Shown here one piece after another: positions 47,848 through 57,673 of a stretch of DNA of 64,000 bases. This DNA comes from a virus, in the IMG/VR virus record IMGVR_UViG_3300045973_000445, positions 1 to 64,000 of that record; one strand, given 5' to 3'. Position numbers and translations under genes: made by a program. Position 1 is the first letter of the stretch, and each line of letters opens with the position of its first letter. A model generated the notes under the pieces. The model was not told the DNA's origin, searched no databases, and saw only the letters and a program-made list of their open reading frames with translations.

Positions 47848-49578
47848 TTAGAAGTATCTGATGCCCTGTATTGATTTTTTGACTTCTGCATCTTTCTTTA
47901 TTTCAGAACCTTCTTTCAGATGTCTTTTCATAATCCCCACATACAAAGCATTATTAGGATACCCTAGTTCTTTCAAAGCAGATGCTATCTTCTTTTCATT
48001 CTGGATGTCTTTGAAGTCCAACTTATCATAGACTTTTGCAGCTAAATCAAATAACTTTTCTTTTGCAGCTTTTGCTTCTCTTTCTCCCTTAGCTGCATCA
48101 GATTCTCCTTTATCCTTTTTATTTTGGTACTCGGTTATTTTACCTTTTTCATGTTTGTTATCATCCTCTCTCATCTTCTTCTGTCCTTCTGTCTGAATTT
48201 GATCTCCCTTAAGTTTAGGTTTGTTATCTTTTTTATCTCCACCACCCATAAACTCTTTACTTGGAAATTCTCCCTTGCCGTCAGACGGAGACTCTTCCTT
48301 TTTGCGCCTCTGCAACTCCGTGTGGGCTACCTGTCGGACAGTTGGATCAGGAGAGCTCTTTATGGCGTTTGTCAACGCCTGTTCGCTAGATTGCTTAGCA
48401 TGTTCTGACAACGCTTCCTCCGACATCTTCCCTTCTCCACCTTCAGCTGGTTTATCAGCAGATGATTTGCCCTCTCCCTGTTTGATTGGCTGCCAGTCCT
48501 TCTTGCTATCCCCTGATTCCGACACCTTTTTCATCTGTACCCCATGCCATGTTCGGGTTTCCCCGATTTGGCCTTTTTTGCCCTTCTCAAATACATCCTT
48601 GCTGAGAATACCGTCTTCAAAGGCTTTGTATATAGTTTCCAATTCAGAATTGATTGACTTTTGTATCGTATTAGAATCATACTTTACATTACCAAAGTCT
48701 CCCGATGATGTTGTGTAAGAAACCATATCACCTCTAACACCTGTAACTTTAGCTGATTCAAACATACCTGCATGTTTTTCTACTTTAATTTTATCCCCAA
48801 CTTTGAATTTGTTTTTTCCTTTTCCACTTTCCAAATCCTGAGTCGATCCCCCGTTCACCATATTCCCGAATCTCTCCCCAGCACGACCATGTTTGAGATT
48901 TTCCTTTGTTGGCTTGTAAATGCCAGAACGGGACTTCTCAAATTCATCCCCCTCTGCCTTTATAATATGTACAGAGGGGGTGCGATCAAATCCCTTCGGA
49001 GATGCTGGTAGTACATGAGCATGTAGTTTCCCCTCTCCCTGTTTTACAAACTGGGATGCTCTCTTATTGGTAGTTACCATAAAGCCTTTGTTAGTCTTTA
49101 AAACAGAGTAGTTCTCTGGCTTTGTCAGATGCTTTACTGCCGACTGCACCGTCTCCATCGAGGAGTACTGCATATCGCCATGTGCAGAGGATGCTGTTAT
49201 GGTAGGATGACTTATTTTCTCATTCTCAGCTGACTGCTCTTTGGTAAGAGTATTGAGTTTATCAGTATGCTCGTTGAAGTGTTTCTGACGCTCATTGCGA
49301 TGTTTTTGAGTAGTGAAATGAAGTTTGTGGGCATCAGACTCCCTCGATATCTCATGATGTTTATCGGCAGCATCCTTATGATCTTGTGCATTGAAGTCCT
49401 TATGCCCTTCATGCTCAAAGGTATCATAGATCGGCTTCCCTGACTTTGTATGTCCGATAACCTTCCCACCACGGGATCCTTCTCCTAATGCTTTCTCAAA
49501 GGATGCATCGAACTCAGTTTCAACTTTTAGTTGCTGGTTGAGATTGTGCAGTTTTATAGATTTTTCGAAGTTTTCCAT
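47848..49578 (-). CDS. putative head-packaged (internal) protein with several x-K-(S/A/G) sites
   Basis: GEGSRGGKVIGHTKSGKPIY module; FEKS, FEKA, IIKA, FEKS, IQKS, IYKA, FEKG sites; highly charged. Confidence 0.65.
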   Translation of the reverse strand: MENFEKSIKLHNLNQQLKVETEFDASFEKALGEGSRGGKVIGHTKSGKPIYDTFEHEGHKDFNAQDHKDAADKHHEISRESDAHKLHFTTQKHRNERQKHFNEHTDKLNTLTKEQSAENEKISHPTITASSAHGDMQYSSMETVQSAVKHLTKPENYSVLKTNKGFMVTTNKRASQFVKQGEGKLHAHVLPASPKGFDRTPSVHIIKAEGDEFEKSRSGIYKPTKENLKHGRAGERFGNMVNGGSTQDLESGKGKNKFKVGDKIKVEKHAGMFESAKVTGVRGDMVSYTTSSGDFGNVKYDSNTIQKSINSELETIYKAFEDGILSKDVFEKGKKGQIGETRTWHGVQMKKVSESGDSKKDWQPIKQGEGKSSADKPAEGGEGKMSEEALSEHAKQSSEQALTNAIKSSPDPTVRQVAHTELQRRKKEESPSDGKGEFPSKEFMGGGDKKDNKPKLKGDQIQTEGQKKMREDDNKHEKGKITEYQNKKDKGESDAAKGEREAKAAKEKLFDLAAKVYDKLDFKDIQNEKKIASALKELGYPNNALYVGIMKRHLKEGSEIKKDAEVKKSIQGIRYF

Positions 49579-49589
49579 TATAGTATATT

Positions 49590-50285
49590 TTATTTTCCTA
49601 TTTTCAATCCCAGATATTCTTTAACGGTTTTCCAAACACCAGCTGATGCTTGTTGTCTTTGTTCTTTTGTAGCACCGTGAGTAGTACTTGATCCAGAAGA
49701 TATGTATTGAGTAGACATAAATCTATCTACTTCAAATAAAGATTTTCCTTCTTTAAGAAGCTCCTGCATTTTAAGTACAGTATGGGTATATTTAATTCCT
49801 TGTAATTGATCAGAACCCGTTCCAGCTGGGTATAATGCGCCTGATAACATACCAACACCACGACCCCCTAATTTCACATACCCCCGATTTCTATCCACCA
49901 CAACTTCTTTACCATCTATATGCATTCTACTTCCATGCAAAGTACCCTCTCCCTTAAACTCTATTTTAGATTCATTTGATTTTTCCTTCACTCCCATCTG
50001 CTTTCTCATAAGATGAGCTGTTCCACCATTATCAGGAACACTATCCACTAATCTTTGAAGTCTCTCATCCTCTGTTTCCTTCTCTCCTTCTTTCTTGCTT
50101 CCCTTTGGTACTGGCTTCCAGCCCTCAGCAGTCTTAACAAACTCCCGTCCCCCCTGCCACGTCTTCCTTGTGCCAATCGGTGCTGCCTTTTCGAGGAGCT
50201 CCTCGATAGGCATAACGTAGCCAAATTCTGTATTGATGGCCTTTTGAAGATTATGTTGCTGTAGTTCTTTTTCCCAGTTTTCCAT
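49590..50285 (-). CDS. putative head-packaged (internal) protein
   Basis: N-terminus similar to 47848..49578; LEKA followed by PIGTRKTW module. Confidence 0.65.
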   Translation of the reverse strand: MENWEKELQQHNLQKAINTEFGYVMPIEELLEKAAPIGTRKTWQGGREFVKTAEGWKPVPKGSKKEGEKETEDERLQRLVDSVPDNGGTAHLMRKQMGVKEKSNESKIEFKGEGTLHGSRMHIDGKEVVVDRNRGYVKLGGRGVGMLSGALYPAGTGSDQLQGIKYTHTVLKMQELLKEGKSLFEVDRFMSTQYISSGSSTTHGATKEQRQQASAGVWKTVKEYLGLKIGK

Positions 50286-51169
50286 TATGCTGTTTTTATA
50301 TTTGTTATCTCAATATTCTTGTTAGGGTTGTGCTTACAATTATCAAAATGATAATGATACATATTACTCTTTCCCTGAAACCCACAAAAAGGACATGCTA
50401 GAATAGGTTTATTTCTTAAAGTTTCCCTTATCTTATTTCGATGACTTTCAGATACTACTCGATTTACTTTGCCTTCATTTCCTGGTTTCATTATACAATT
50501 ATCAAAATGAAATTGCGTAGTCCCACTCCCACTTTTACTTTGAAAACCACACCACGGACAGGTTTTTAATTCACGAGTATCTGGTTTCTTTTCTTTAATA
50601 ACTACTATTCGATTAGGGTTCTTTTTACAATTATCAAAATGATATGTTCTCATATTAACTTCACTCTTACTTTGAAGCCCACAATAAGGACAGATAAGTA
50701 TTGGTTTTTCACTAAATGTCTTTTTTATTTTCTCTTTAGTTGATTCCAATACAACATGCCCTATATTTATCCCTTTGCGATCTTCAATCATTGCAGATAC
50801 TATTTTATCATAATCAGGATGATTAGTAAAGGTATCTCCTCCTCCACCCCCATTAGTTATATTATATCCTATTTCCCTATTTGTAGCTTTAAGTTCTGCA
50901 ATCCACCAAATTTCTCTTTCATTAAGATGATACTTATCTTTACAAAATTCAAGAATATCTCTTTTAAAACACTCATACTTATATTTCCTTATAGCATTAT
51001 GAAGGGGTGTGTTGTGTCTGACACTACTTTGTCTACGAACACCATCACCAATATACCCATCATTCAATTTTTTAGTTTGATGTTTTCCCACATAGATTTT
51101 ACCATTTATAAGATTTGTAGTCTTATAAACTATAAAAAACATACCATCGTATTTAGTTCGAATCATCAT
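50285..51169 (-). CDS. free-standing GIY-YIG (Seg-like) homing endonuclease with 3 CxxC-HxxxC repeats
   Basis: IVYKTTNLINGKIYVG, YIGDG, EREIWWI, GYNI..GG. Confidence 0.88.
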   Translation of the reverse strand: MMIRTKYDGMFFIVYKTTNLINGKIYVGKHQTKKLNDGYIGDGVRRQSSVRHNTPLHNAIRKYKYECFKRDILEFCKDKYHLNEREIWWIAELKATNREIGYNITNGGGGGDTFTNHPDYDKIVSAMIEDRKGINIGHVVLESTKEKIKKTFSEKPILICPYCGLQSKSEVNMRTYHFDNCKKNPNRIVVIKEKKPDTRELKTCPWCGFQSKSGSGTTQFHFDNCIMKPGNEGKVNRVVSESHRNKIRETLRNKPILACPFCGFQGKSNMYHYHFDNCKHNPNKNIEITNIKTA

Positions 51170-51924
51170 GTACTAAAAAATTCTATTTTAGATTTTCTTA
51201 TTATTGATGCTATGTCTGTTTTAGCTAATGCTTTACCTAATAAATTTCGAGGAAGAAATCCAGGGTGTATGAAAGCATTCTTATCGCTGAGGTCTGAAAC
51301 TCTCCGGAATGTTAGATATCCGCTCCTGTTCTCATCCTTATTCGGAACTTTAACCAAGCCCTCAAACTTTGCACTCTTGTGCGTATATGCCTGAAAGGAG
51401 CGTCCAGCAGAGTTAAACCCTGCCCTGATGCCCTTGACCTGCTGATCAGCTGGAAGCTGGGCTAGGGTGAGTGGCTTTGTGGCAGTCTTCACTATCTTAT
51501 ATACACTAACAGGCATCGCTCCAGCAAACACAGCACTCTCTCCAAGTGAATTTGGAGTATTGTGATGGAAGGGGATCGTGATAAACCATCCCTTACCATC
51601 CTTCTTCATAGTCTTCTTGGGACTCATTTGAAATCCGATCTTCTCATCAAATGCGTCCTGTCCAAGCTCAAGATTTACAGCCAGCTTACTCTGACGAGCC
51701 GTCACTCCAATAACAATAGAATTATCATCCGGACGTTCAACGTATATACCTTTCAGGTATTCATTTCTTGTGCTGTGCAGATTCTCGTTGATCTGATTTG
51801 TCCACTCATTCTCAAAACCCTCCTTGAGCCTATCCAGCAACAGGTCATGAAAGCCATTGATATCATCAGGACTCAAAGCACTAGATTCTATAAAATTTGA
51901 TGCATCTATCGAGATCTGTAACAT
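51166..51924 (-). CDS. neck/tail completion protein
   Basis: ITIPF, YLTFRRVSD...FIHPG motif of Twort-like neck proteins. Confidence 0.7.
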   Translation of the reverse strand: MLQISIDASNFIESSALSPDDINGFHDLLLDRLKEGFENEWTNQINENLHSTRNEYLKGIYVERPDDNSIVIGVTARQSKLAVNLELGQDAFDEKIGFQMSPKKTMKKDGKGWFITIPFHHNTPNSLGESAVFAGAMPVSVYKIVKTATKPLTLAQLPADQQVKGIRAGFNSAGRSFQAYTHKSAKFEGLVKVPNKDENRSGYLTFRRVSDLSDKNAFIHPGFLPRNLLGKALAKTDIASIIRKSKIEFFST

Positions 51925-52700
51925 TACTTGTAGCTATTATCCTGTGTAACAATACCCCCGTCATAATCATTCAATCCCAAAACAACATGAGATTTCTTTA
52001 ATACAGCATTAATCGGCATATTAACTGATTCCATCTGACCGTTATTATTTACAACAGTAGCTGATCGACTGTCATGCGGAATATCTATGACATGATAAGA
52101 AGGAGCACATAAATAAGTAATTGTAACAGTATTATTAAAACCACTAGGAGGTACAAAGTTAAGCAATACTATGTACTTGTTATTTTCATCAATAGAATAA
52201 TCACTCGTACTAAGTTTAACCAAAGGCAGAGTTGATAACTCAAAGTAAAAGATATCTAGTATTTCTGTTGGCAAGTAAGTTGCAAAAACAAATAGCCGAC
52301 CATCTACAGATCGTACCCTTAGAGTTTCACTTCGTTTTGATGTTATCTCAGTAAAAGTAATACGATCCATTTCAGCCAGTCTATTTACATTCATTAGTGA
52401 AACCATTATAGTCCCCTTATTTTCCTCACTCCACTCAGTGCCGTATTTGCCTTTCTTATTGATGTTACTTATAATAGCCCTACTTTTTATAGGATTTAAA
52501 AAATTCCACCCAAATCCTCTACAATTTTGACAATCTACTCTTGCAGCACCAGACTCTCGTGTTTGGCAAGGGCACTGTCGTGCTTCTTCCAACAAAATGG
52601 AGTAACCCTGCTGCCAAAGCAAAGCATCAAAAGCCTCGTTGTTAAACGAAGCCTTCGGCTGACCTGCCAGTGGTGGGGGACTCTGAGTTCTTATTGTCAT
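51924..52700 (-). CDS. head closure/neck protein
   Basis: CPC...CxxCxGxG, DRITF, YHVIDI; position in the neck cluster. Confidence 0.7.
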   Translation of the reverse strand: MTIRTQSPPPLAGQPKASFNNEAFDALLWQQGYSILLEEARQCPCQTRESGAARVDCQNCRGFGWNFLNPIKSRAIISNINKKGKYGTEWSEENKGTIMVSLMNVNRLAEMDRITFTEITSKRSETLRVRSVDGRLFVFATYLPTEILDIFYFELSTLPLVKLSTSDYSIDENNKYIVLLNFVPPSGFNNTVTITYLCAPSYHVIDIPHDSRSATVVNNNGQMESVNMPINAVLKKSHVVLGLNDYDGGIVTQDNSYK

Positions 52701-53830
52701 GCCGTAGCTAATTGTTTAATGTTCACAGATTCAACCGTTCGGTTGGGATTGTGCTTGCAGTTACCCCCATGATATCGTAACATCAGGCTTTTATTTTGAC
52801 TTTGCATACCACAATACTCACAAGTAGTATATGGTTGTTTTTTAAAAGAATCACTTTTTCTTTTACTAGATTCCATTGAATGTACACGACCTCTATTGGA
52901 TGCTCCCTTTTTTATATTTGTTTCTTTTTCCTTTTCAATTTGCTCCTGCGTAAGTACTCTATTTGGATTAAATTTACAGTTATCAAAATGAAACTGTGTG
53001 ATATTAGTCGCTCTACTTTGAAAACCACAATGAGGGCATATTCGCAATTCTCTCTGAGGAGGTATTACTCGATTAGGATTCATTTTACAATTATCAAAAT
53101 GCCAATGATACATAAATCCACTTTTTCCTAGCTTACCACAATGAGGGCAGATTAGCATAGGCCGATTATCCATCACAATTTTTATTAAATCTTTATACTC
53201 TTGTTTAGTACATGTTTCCCTATGTTTTTGATTGGATGCTTCCGTATGTGTCTTTCCTAAATTAGCTTCTCTCAAATGCTGTCTATGAATTTCCGACTTA
53301 GGTACTCCTGCTAAGGCAACACTAATATTATTACATTGTTCTTTTGTTGCTATGTGTTTTTTTCCAGCATTTCCCGATGGTATTCCTCTTCGAGTCGGAT
53401 GTCCTTTTTCTTTAATTTCTTTTGCCCGCTCAACCCCATATAATTCTACAAATGTTCCTCTATGAGCATCACCTACAGCTTTCTTTATCTTATTTTGAAC
53501 ATATACTGGTAATAAATTATAAATATCACCTCCTTTACCACCTTCATGTATATTATATCCTATTTTCTTATTACGAGCATCATGTTCTTTAATCCAAAAT
53601 ACTTCTTGTACAATCATATGTTCAAAAGAAACACAATATTCTATTACTTCTCGTTTAAACATATCAACACCATACTTATCTACAGCATTATTAAAAGCTG
53701 TACCAGATCCGATGTAACCATCATTTAATTTTTTAGTTTTTCGTCTACCTACATAAATCTTACCATTCACAAGATTTGTAGTCTTGTAAATTAAATAAAA
53801 CCAACCATCATATTTTGTTCGGATCATCAT
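52697..53830 (-). CDS. free-standing GIY-YIG (Seg-like) homing endonuclease with NUMOD3 and 3 zinc-finger repeats
   Basis: LIYKTTNLVNGKIYVG, YIGSG, EVFWI, GYNI..GG; paralogue of 50285..51169. Confidence 0.88.
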   Translation of the reverse strand: MMIRTKYDGWFYLIYKTTNLVNGKIYVGRRKTKKLNDGYIGSGTAFNNAVDKYGVDMFKREVIEYCVSFEHMIVQEVFWIKEHDARNKKIGYNIHEGGKGGDIYNLLPVYVQNKIKKAVGDAHRGTFVELYGVERAKEIKEKGHPTRRGIPSGNAGKKHIATKEQCNNISVALAGVPKSEIHRQHLREANLGKTHTEASNQKHRETCTKQEYKDLIKIVMDNRPMLICPHCGKLGKSGFMYHWHFDNCKMNPNRVIPPQRELRICPHCGFQSRATNITQFHFDNCKFNPNRVLTQEQIEKEKETNIKKGASNRGRVHSMESSKRKSDSFKKQPYTTCEYCGMQSQNKSLMLRYHGGNCKHNPNRTVESVNIKQLATA

Positions 53831-53852
53831 AGACTATGATACAAATAATAAT

Positions 53853-54644
53853 TTAGAGAACAGCAAAGTTTACTCCAGTGTATGTTATTTTTAATCTCAA
53901 CAAAGTATCTTTTATATCCTGTAGGTACTGTGATATTCTACCTGAAAAAGCACCACCCTTTGCACTAATTACAGTATTAATACTCTGACTAAGTCCGTCT
54001 ATACTTAGGCTACTACCCGAAAGTCCAGGAGGAAGAACAACATCACCATAAATACTTAGTATTTGTACGGCTGCCAATTTACCAACAATATCTACTAATT
54101 CCATTGGCATTTTTTGTGGAGTCCATCCAGTAAGATATTGTACCGACCAATATTGAGGCACAATATTTAATGAACGTAGCCCTAATTGTGACATTAACCC
54201 CATAAGAATTAGAGATGTTGCACCTGTAGCCGATCCAGATGGTATTAAGCTGATTCTCCTCATTGCCCACTCATCTGAACTTTCATAACATGATAGCCAT
54301 GATTGGGGATAGCGAATCTGCTCTACATTATTTATTTTACCTAAAAGGGTTACTGGCTTAACTACTGGAAAAGACGAGGAAAGTAAAGGAAGATTGTTAA
54401 GGTAATCATCCCGAAAGTACGTCAACGTTTCACTAAACAATTGACGTACTATCTTAATTGCCAGAAACTTCTCTATCTCACTCTGAGCACTTTTAATCTT
54501 CTGTTCCCACACGTATGTAGGTATTTCCGATCCGTCTCGTGCCTTCGGGTTTATTCCATAGAGATAAAGTTCCTTAAGTTCCGTAGGACTTAAAACAGCA
54601 CCTGTGTTCTTTTTATATTTTATGCTATAGGTTAATGAGCTCAT
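53853..54644 (-). CDS. head-tail adaptor/neck protein
   Basis: PQYWSVQYLTG, P.EL..IVGKLAA, SLSIDGLSQS. Confidence 0.75.
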   Translation of the reverse strand: MSSLTYSIKYKKNTGAVLSPTELKELYLYGINPKARDGSEIPTYVWEQKIKSAQSEIEKFLAIKIVRQLFSETLTYFRDDYLNNLPLLSSSFPVVKPVTLLGKINNVEQIRYPQSWLSCYESSDEWAMRRISLIPSGSATGATSLILMGLMSQLGLRSLNIVPQYWSVQYLTGWTPQKMPMELVDIVGKLAAVQILSIYGDVVLPPGLSGSSLSIDGLSQSINTVISAKGGAFSGRISQYLQDIKDTLLRLKITYTGVNFAVL

Positions 54645-55238
54645 TTAAGCATTTGTCTTTTCTACAAGATACTCGACCAGTTTTGCTTTGTTCAGTTTAC
54701 TATATTCCTCAATCGGAAGATTCAGCTCCACTGCAAATGCCTGAAGCTCCTTGACAGTCTTAGCTTCCAGCTTAGCCGTCAAAGCTGCTAAATCCGCCTC
54801 GATCTTCTCTTCTGCGGATAGCTCTTTGACTTCCTCTTTAGGAGCATCCTCGGCTGGCTTTCCAGCCAACTGTGCCTTCAATCCTTTGATCTCAGTCATC
54901 AGCTCATCGCACTTGTCTCTCCACATCTTCTCACCATTCTTGGCTACATCAGCTGAAGCCTTATGATCCCCAACTAAGCGATTAGCTTTCTGAAGGGATA
55001 TCTTCAACTCGGCTACGGTTTCATTATCTTTTCCGGATGTCGTAGGCACTGAGCGAACCATCGCTGGCTTTGGAACCTGTCCAGCAGGATATATCAGACC
55101 TTTGTATTTTTCAATCAGGTCTTCCCCATCCTCTTCGCTGACCTCAGCGATGCCCTTACTGTCGTAAGTAACTACAATACTACCCGAATATTTAACTGGA
55201 TGTCCAGCATGTGAAGGAACTGTTGTTTCAATTTTCAT
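54645..55238 (-). CDS. capsid-adjacent protein with C-terminal Rho-N/HeH-like helical motif
   Basis: KTVKELQAFA..L....SKLNKAKLVEYL. Confidence 0.6.
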   Translation of the reverse strand: MKIETTVPSHAGHPVKYSGSIVVTYDSKGIAEVSEEDGEDLIEKYKGLIYPAGQVPKPAMVRSVPTTSGKDNETVAELKISLQKANRLVGDHKASADVAKNGEKMWRDKCDELMTEIKGLKAQLAGKPAEDAPKEEVKELSAEEKIEADLAALTAKLEAKTVKELQAFAVELNLPIEEYSKLNKAKLVEYLVEKTNA

Positions 55239-55265
55239 GACTTAACAAATTAATTATTTAATATT

Positions 55266-55297
55266 AAAAAAGGGCGAGCGTTTGTATGGCTCGCCCT
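55266..55297 (-). terminator. intrinsic terminator after the major capsid gene
   Basis: AGGGCGAGC-catacaaac-GCTCGCCCT followed by TTTTT on the - strand. Confidence 0.88.
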
Positions 55298-55322
55298 GAT
55301 GACTGATTAAGGAAAGAGAAGA

Positions 55323-56843
55323 CTAAGCTGGTATTGCTTTTCCGATATTCACAATCCTGGCAATCTTCTTAGGCGCAAAGAGCACCATCGTAAGGTAAGC
55401 CAAAATCATAAATCTGAACGATGGGCTGGTTCTGGCCAGATCCATTCTCATGATCGGTGCAAGTTGTTTAAGAGCCCATACATCCAATGAGTTGTCAAGG
55501 ACGATGGTTGAGTGAGTGTTCGGGATGACCCTGTTACGGTCACGTACAGAAAGCTGAGCTGCTCCATCATAACCGGCTGCAAGTTCCGACTTGGTTATTG
55601 TTATGATCGGGTAGAACTTAGCGGAAGCGTATGCTGTAGCTGCTTTCTCTGTGCGATATATAATAAGGCACTCAGCTGCGTATGCTCCATCCACATGTGT
55701 GAAGGTCAAATCCACCGATTCTGTTGCAACAACAGCCTGAACAGCTGTATCAAGAAGAGTCATTGCAGATTCACCGTAACGGTTCTTTGCAGTTACACCG
55801 TACCAGTATGAGCCCGCCCCATCGGTAAACCGTGTCTGGGTATCAGCAGGTACTGCTGTAGTTGAGTTTGTTATCGGGTTGGTTGATAAAGGAGCAGTAG
55901 GTGCTTTAGCACTTGTTGCAGCCTCGTTGTAGGCTTTCGATACTTTATAATCAAAGAAGATGTCACTTACAACGTTGATCTTGCCAAACTGTGTCATGAT
56001 GTCGTTGACCGACTGACCCATTGTAGCTCCCTCAACACCACCCTGTTGACCAACGATGATCCTCTTGGATTCGTGGAACTGGCTGACGTAGTTTGAGAAT
56101 ACGATTGGAGGCCCTATGATGGTACTTACCATTCCGAAGTTGTCGTTTACAACGCCATGAGCAGCATCTTCAACCATCTTATCAGAAAGGATGTATCCAC
56201 GAGCATCAACAACGCTCGAATCGGCAAAATACTTGTTCAGGTTGGCTGCACTTGGAAGAGCTGCACCAGTTACGCCTGTATAATGCTGTTTGAAGATTCC
56301 ATCGAATTCGTCTTCGATCAAACGGCTGTCCGATACAGGATATGCTTTGTTGAGAGCCCTCAGAAGGAACTGAGTTTTATTTTTTACTTCCTGTGCAAGA
56401 GCATCTCCTACACCTGATCCAAGTCTTACAAGTGTAAACGGGTGGGTGACCTCACCTGATACTCCGGTATACTTGATCAGCACAGATTCCCTACGGTAGA
56501 TCGAATCAGTAAACTGAGGGGTTTCCCCTTCTTTGTTAAAGATTCCGATATTCAAACCGTAATCAACCAGCTGGTTGAATTCTTCCACGGTGTTGTATGC
56601 ATTCTGTTTCGGCAGAATCTTGTGCAACACGATGTGCTTATCCTGAGATGTTAAAATCTTCAGCATTGGTTCCAGTGATTCTGTTTTCAAAGCAGCTCCA
56701 CTTGTCAGAGTGCCGATAAGACCCTGTCCTGTGGTATCACCAGCAGACATTGCCTTAGCAAGTTCATAAATCTTATCCGGAGAATCAATACCAGGGAACA
56801 CCCCAGTCTCAAGCCCAGCGTAGTTGTATAAATCAGCGTTCAT
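55323..56843 (-). CDS. major capsid protein (Twort/SPO1-like)
   Basis: GAALKTESL...LKILT, AYNTVEEFNQL, EFDGI, KQLAPIMRMDLA, APKKIARIVNIG; followed by a strong terminator. Confidence 0.9.
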   Translation of the reverse strand: MNADLYNYAGLETGVFPGIDSPDKIYELAKAMSAGDTTGQGLIGTLTSGAALKTESLEPMLKILTSQDKHIVLHKILPKQNAYNTVEEFNQLVDYGLNIGIFNKEGETPQFTDSIYRRESVLIKYTGVSGEVTHPFTLVRLGSGVGDALAQEVKNKTQFLLRALNKAYPVSDSRLIEDEFDGIFKQHYTGVTGAALPSAANLNKYFADSSVVDARGYILSDKMVEDAAHGVVNDNFGMVSTIIGPPIVFSNYVSQFHESKRIIVGQQGGVEGATMGQSVNDIMTQFGKINVVSDIFFDYKVSKAYNEAATSAKAPTAPLSTNPITNSTTAVPADTQTRFTDGAGSYWYGVTAKNRYGESAMTLLDTAVQAVVATESVDLTFTHVDGAYAAECLIIYRTEKAATAYASAKFYPIITITKSELAAGYDGAAQLSVRDRNRVIPNTHSTIVLDNSLDVWALKQLAPIMRMDLARTSPSFRFMILAYLTMVLFAPKKIARIVNIGKAIPA

Positions 56844-56878
56844 TGTTTCGTATTATATTATTAATGTCAAAATTTTTC

Positions 56879-57592
56879 TTATTTAACCAGGCGGATGCCG
56901 AAGTTCTCAAACAAGTCCATCGCAACGGTCTGGTTTATTGTTCCACCCCCACCATTGTATCGTACGATAGAATCCTCGTAGCTTTTCTTAAGCTCAGGCT
57001 CAACGGCTTTATTCATGCCGTCTTCAAGACTCTTCAGGATCTGCTCCTTGTGAGCTGATACAGAAAGCATCTTCTTTCCACTCTCATCTTCCTGCTCGCC
57101 ACCGAGGGCTTTCTCAAAGAAGTTAGCTCCCATTGCGTTTTTGATTGCTTTATTGCCAAGAGGCATGTCCGCAATCTTCTCAACGAGGGTAGTTACAGAA
57201 TCGATAGATTTCTGAAGATCAGCAATCCTGTCCTCTGTATCGAGCGACTTCTGAATCATCTCGGTAACAGTCTTGAACTTGCTGTTCATCTCATCTGAGA
57301 GACCCTTTAGCATTTCAGAAGAAACTGCTTTTTCAGTATCCTCTTCTTTTTTCTCTTTCTCTTTGGATTCCCCAGCTTCGTGTTCTTCCTTATCTTCCTT
57401 GTCATCTTCCTTGTCATCTTCTTCCCCTTCTTTGTCTTTTTCCCACGGCTTCTCGCCCTTTAGGAACTCGACAACTTCAGGGAATGCACGAAGTTTAGAG
57501 GAGTCTTCACTCTTCATAAACTCGGCATAATCATCTGTCGACAGTAATGTCTTGAATGATTTTATGGTTTCAATAGCCTGATTGCCTGTCAT
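56879..57592 (-). CDS. scaffold protein
   Basis: Acidic coiled coil between protease and capsid; many xxK(S/A/G) sites. Confidence 0.75.
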   Translation of the reverse strand: MTGNQAIETIKSFKTLLSTDDYAEFMKSEDSSKLRAFPEVVEFLKGEKPWEKDKEGEEDDKEDDKEDKEEHEAGESKEKEKKEEDTEKAVSSEMLKGLSDEMNSKFKTVTEMIQKSLDTEDRIADLQKSIDSVTTLVEKIADMPLGNKAIKNAMGANFFEKALGGEQEDESGKKMLSVSAHKEQILKSLEDGMNKAVEPELKKSYEDSIVRYNGGGGTINQTVAMDLFENFGIRLVK

Positions 57593-57673
57593 GTTTATTA
57601 ACGTTAATTATTAATTGTCAGATTTAAATATCAAAATTACACTATGATGTAGTTTAAATAATCACTACTAGGA

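Noticed and set aside
50756-51394. 212-aa + strand ORF over the GIY-YIG/neck junction
   Set aside because: No recognisable motif, opposite to the late operon, no evident promoter or coupling; treated as a shadow, although its length is notable.
57340-57440. Low-complexity repeats in the scaffold gene
   Set aside because: Encodes a DDKEDDKE charged linker, ordinary for scaffolds.
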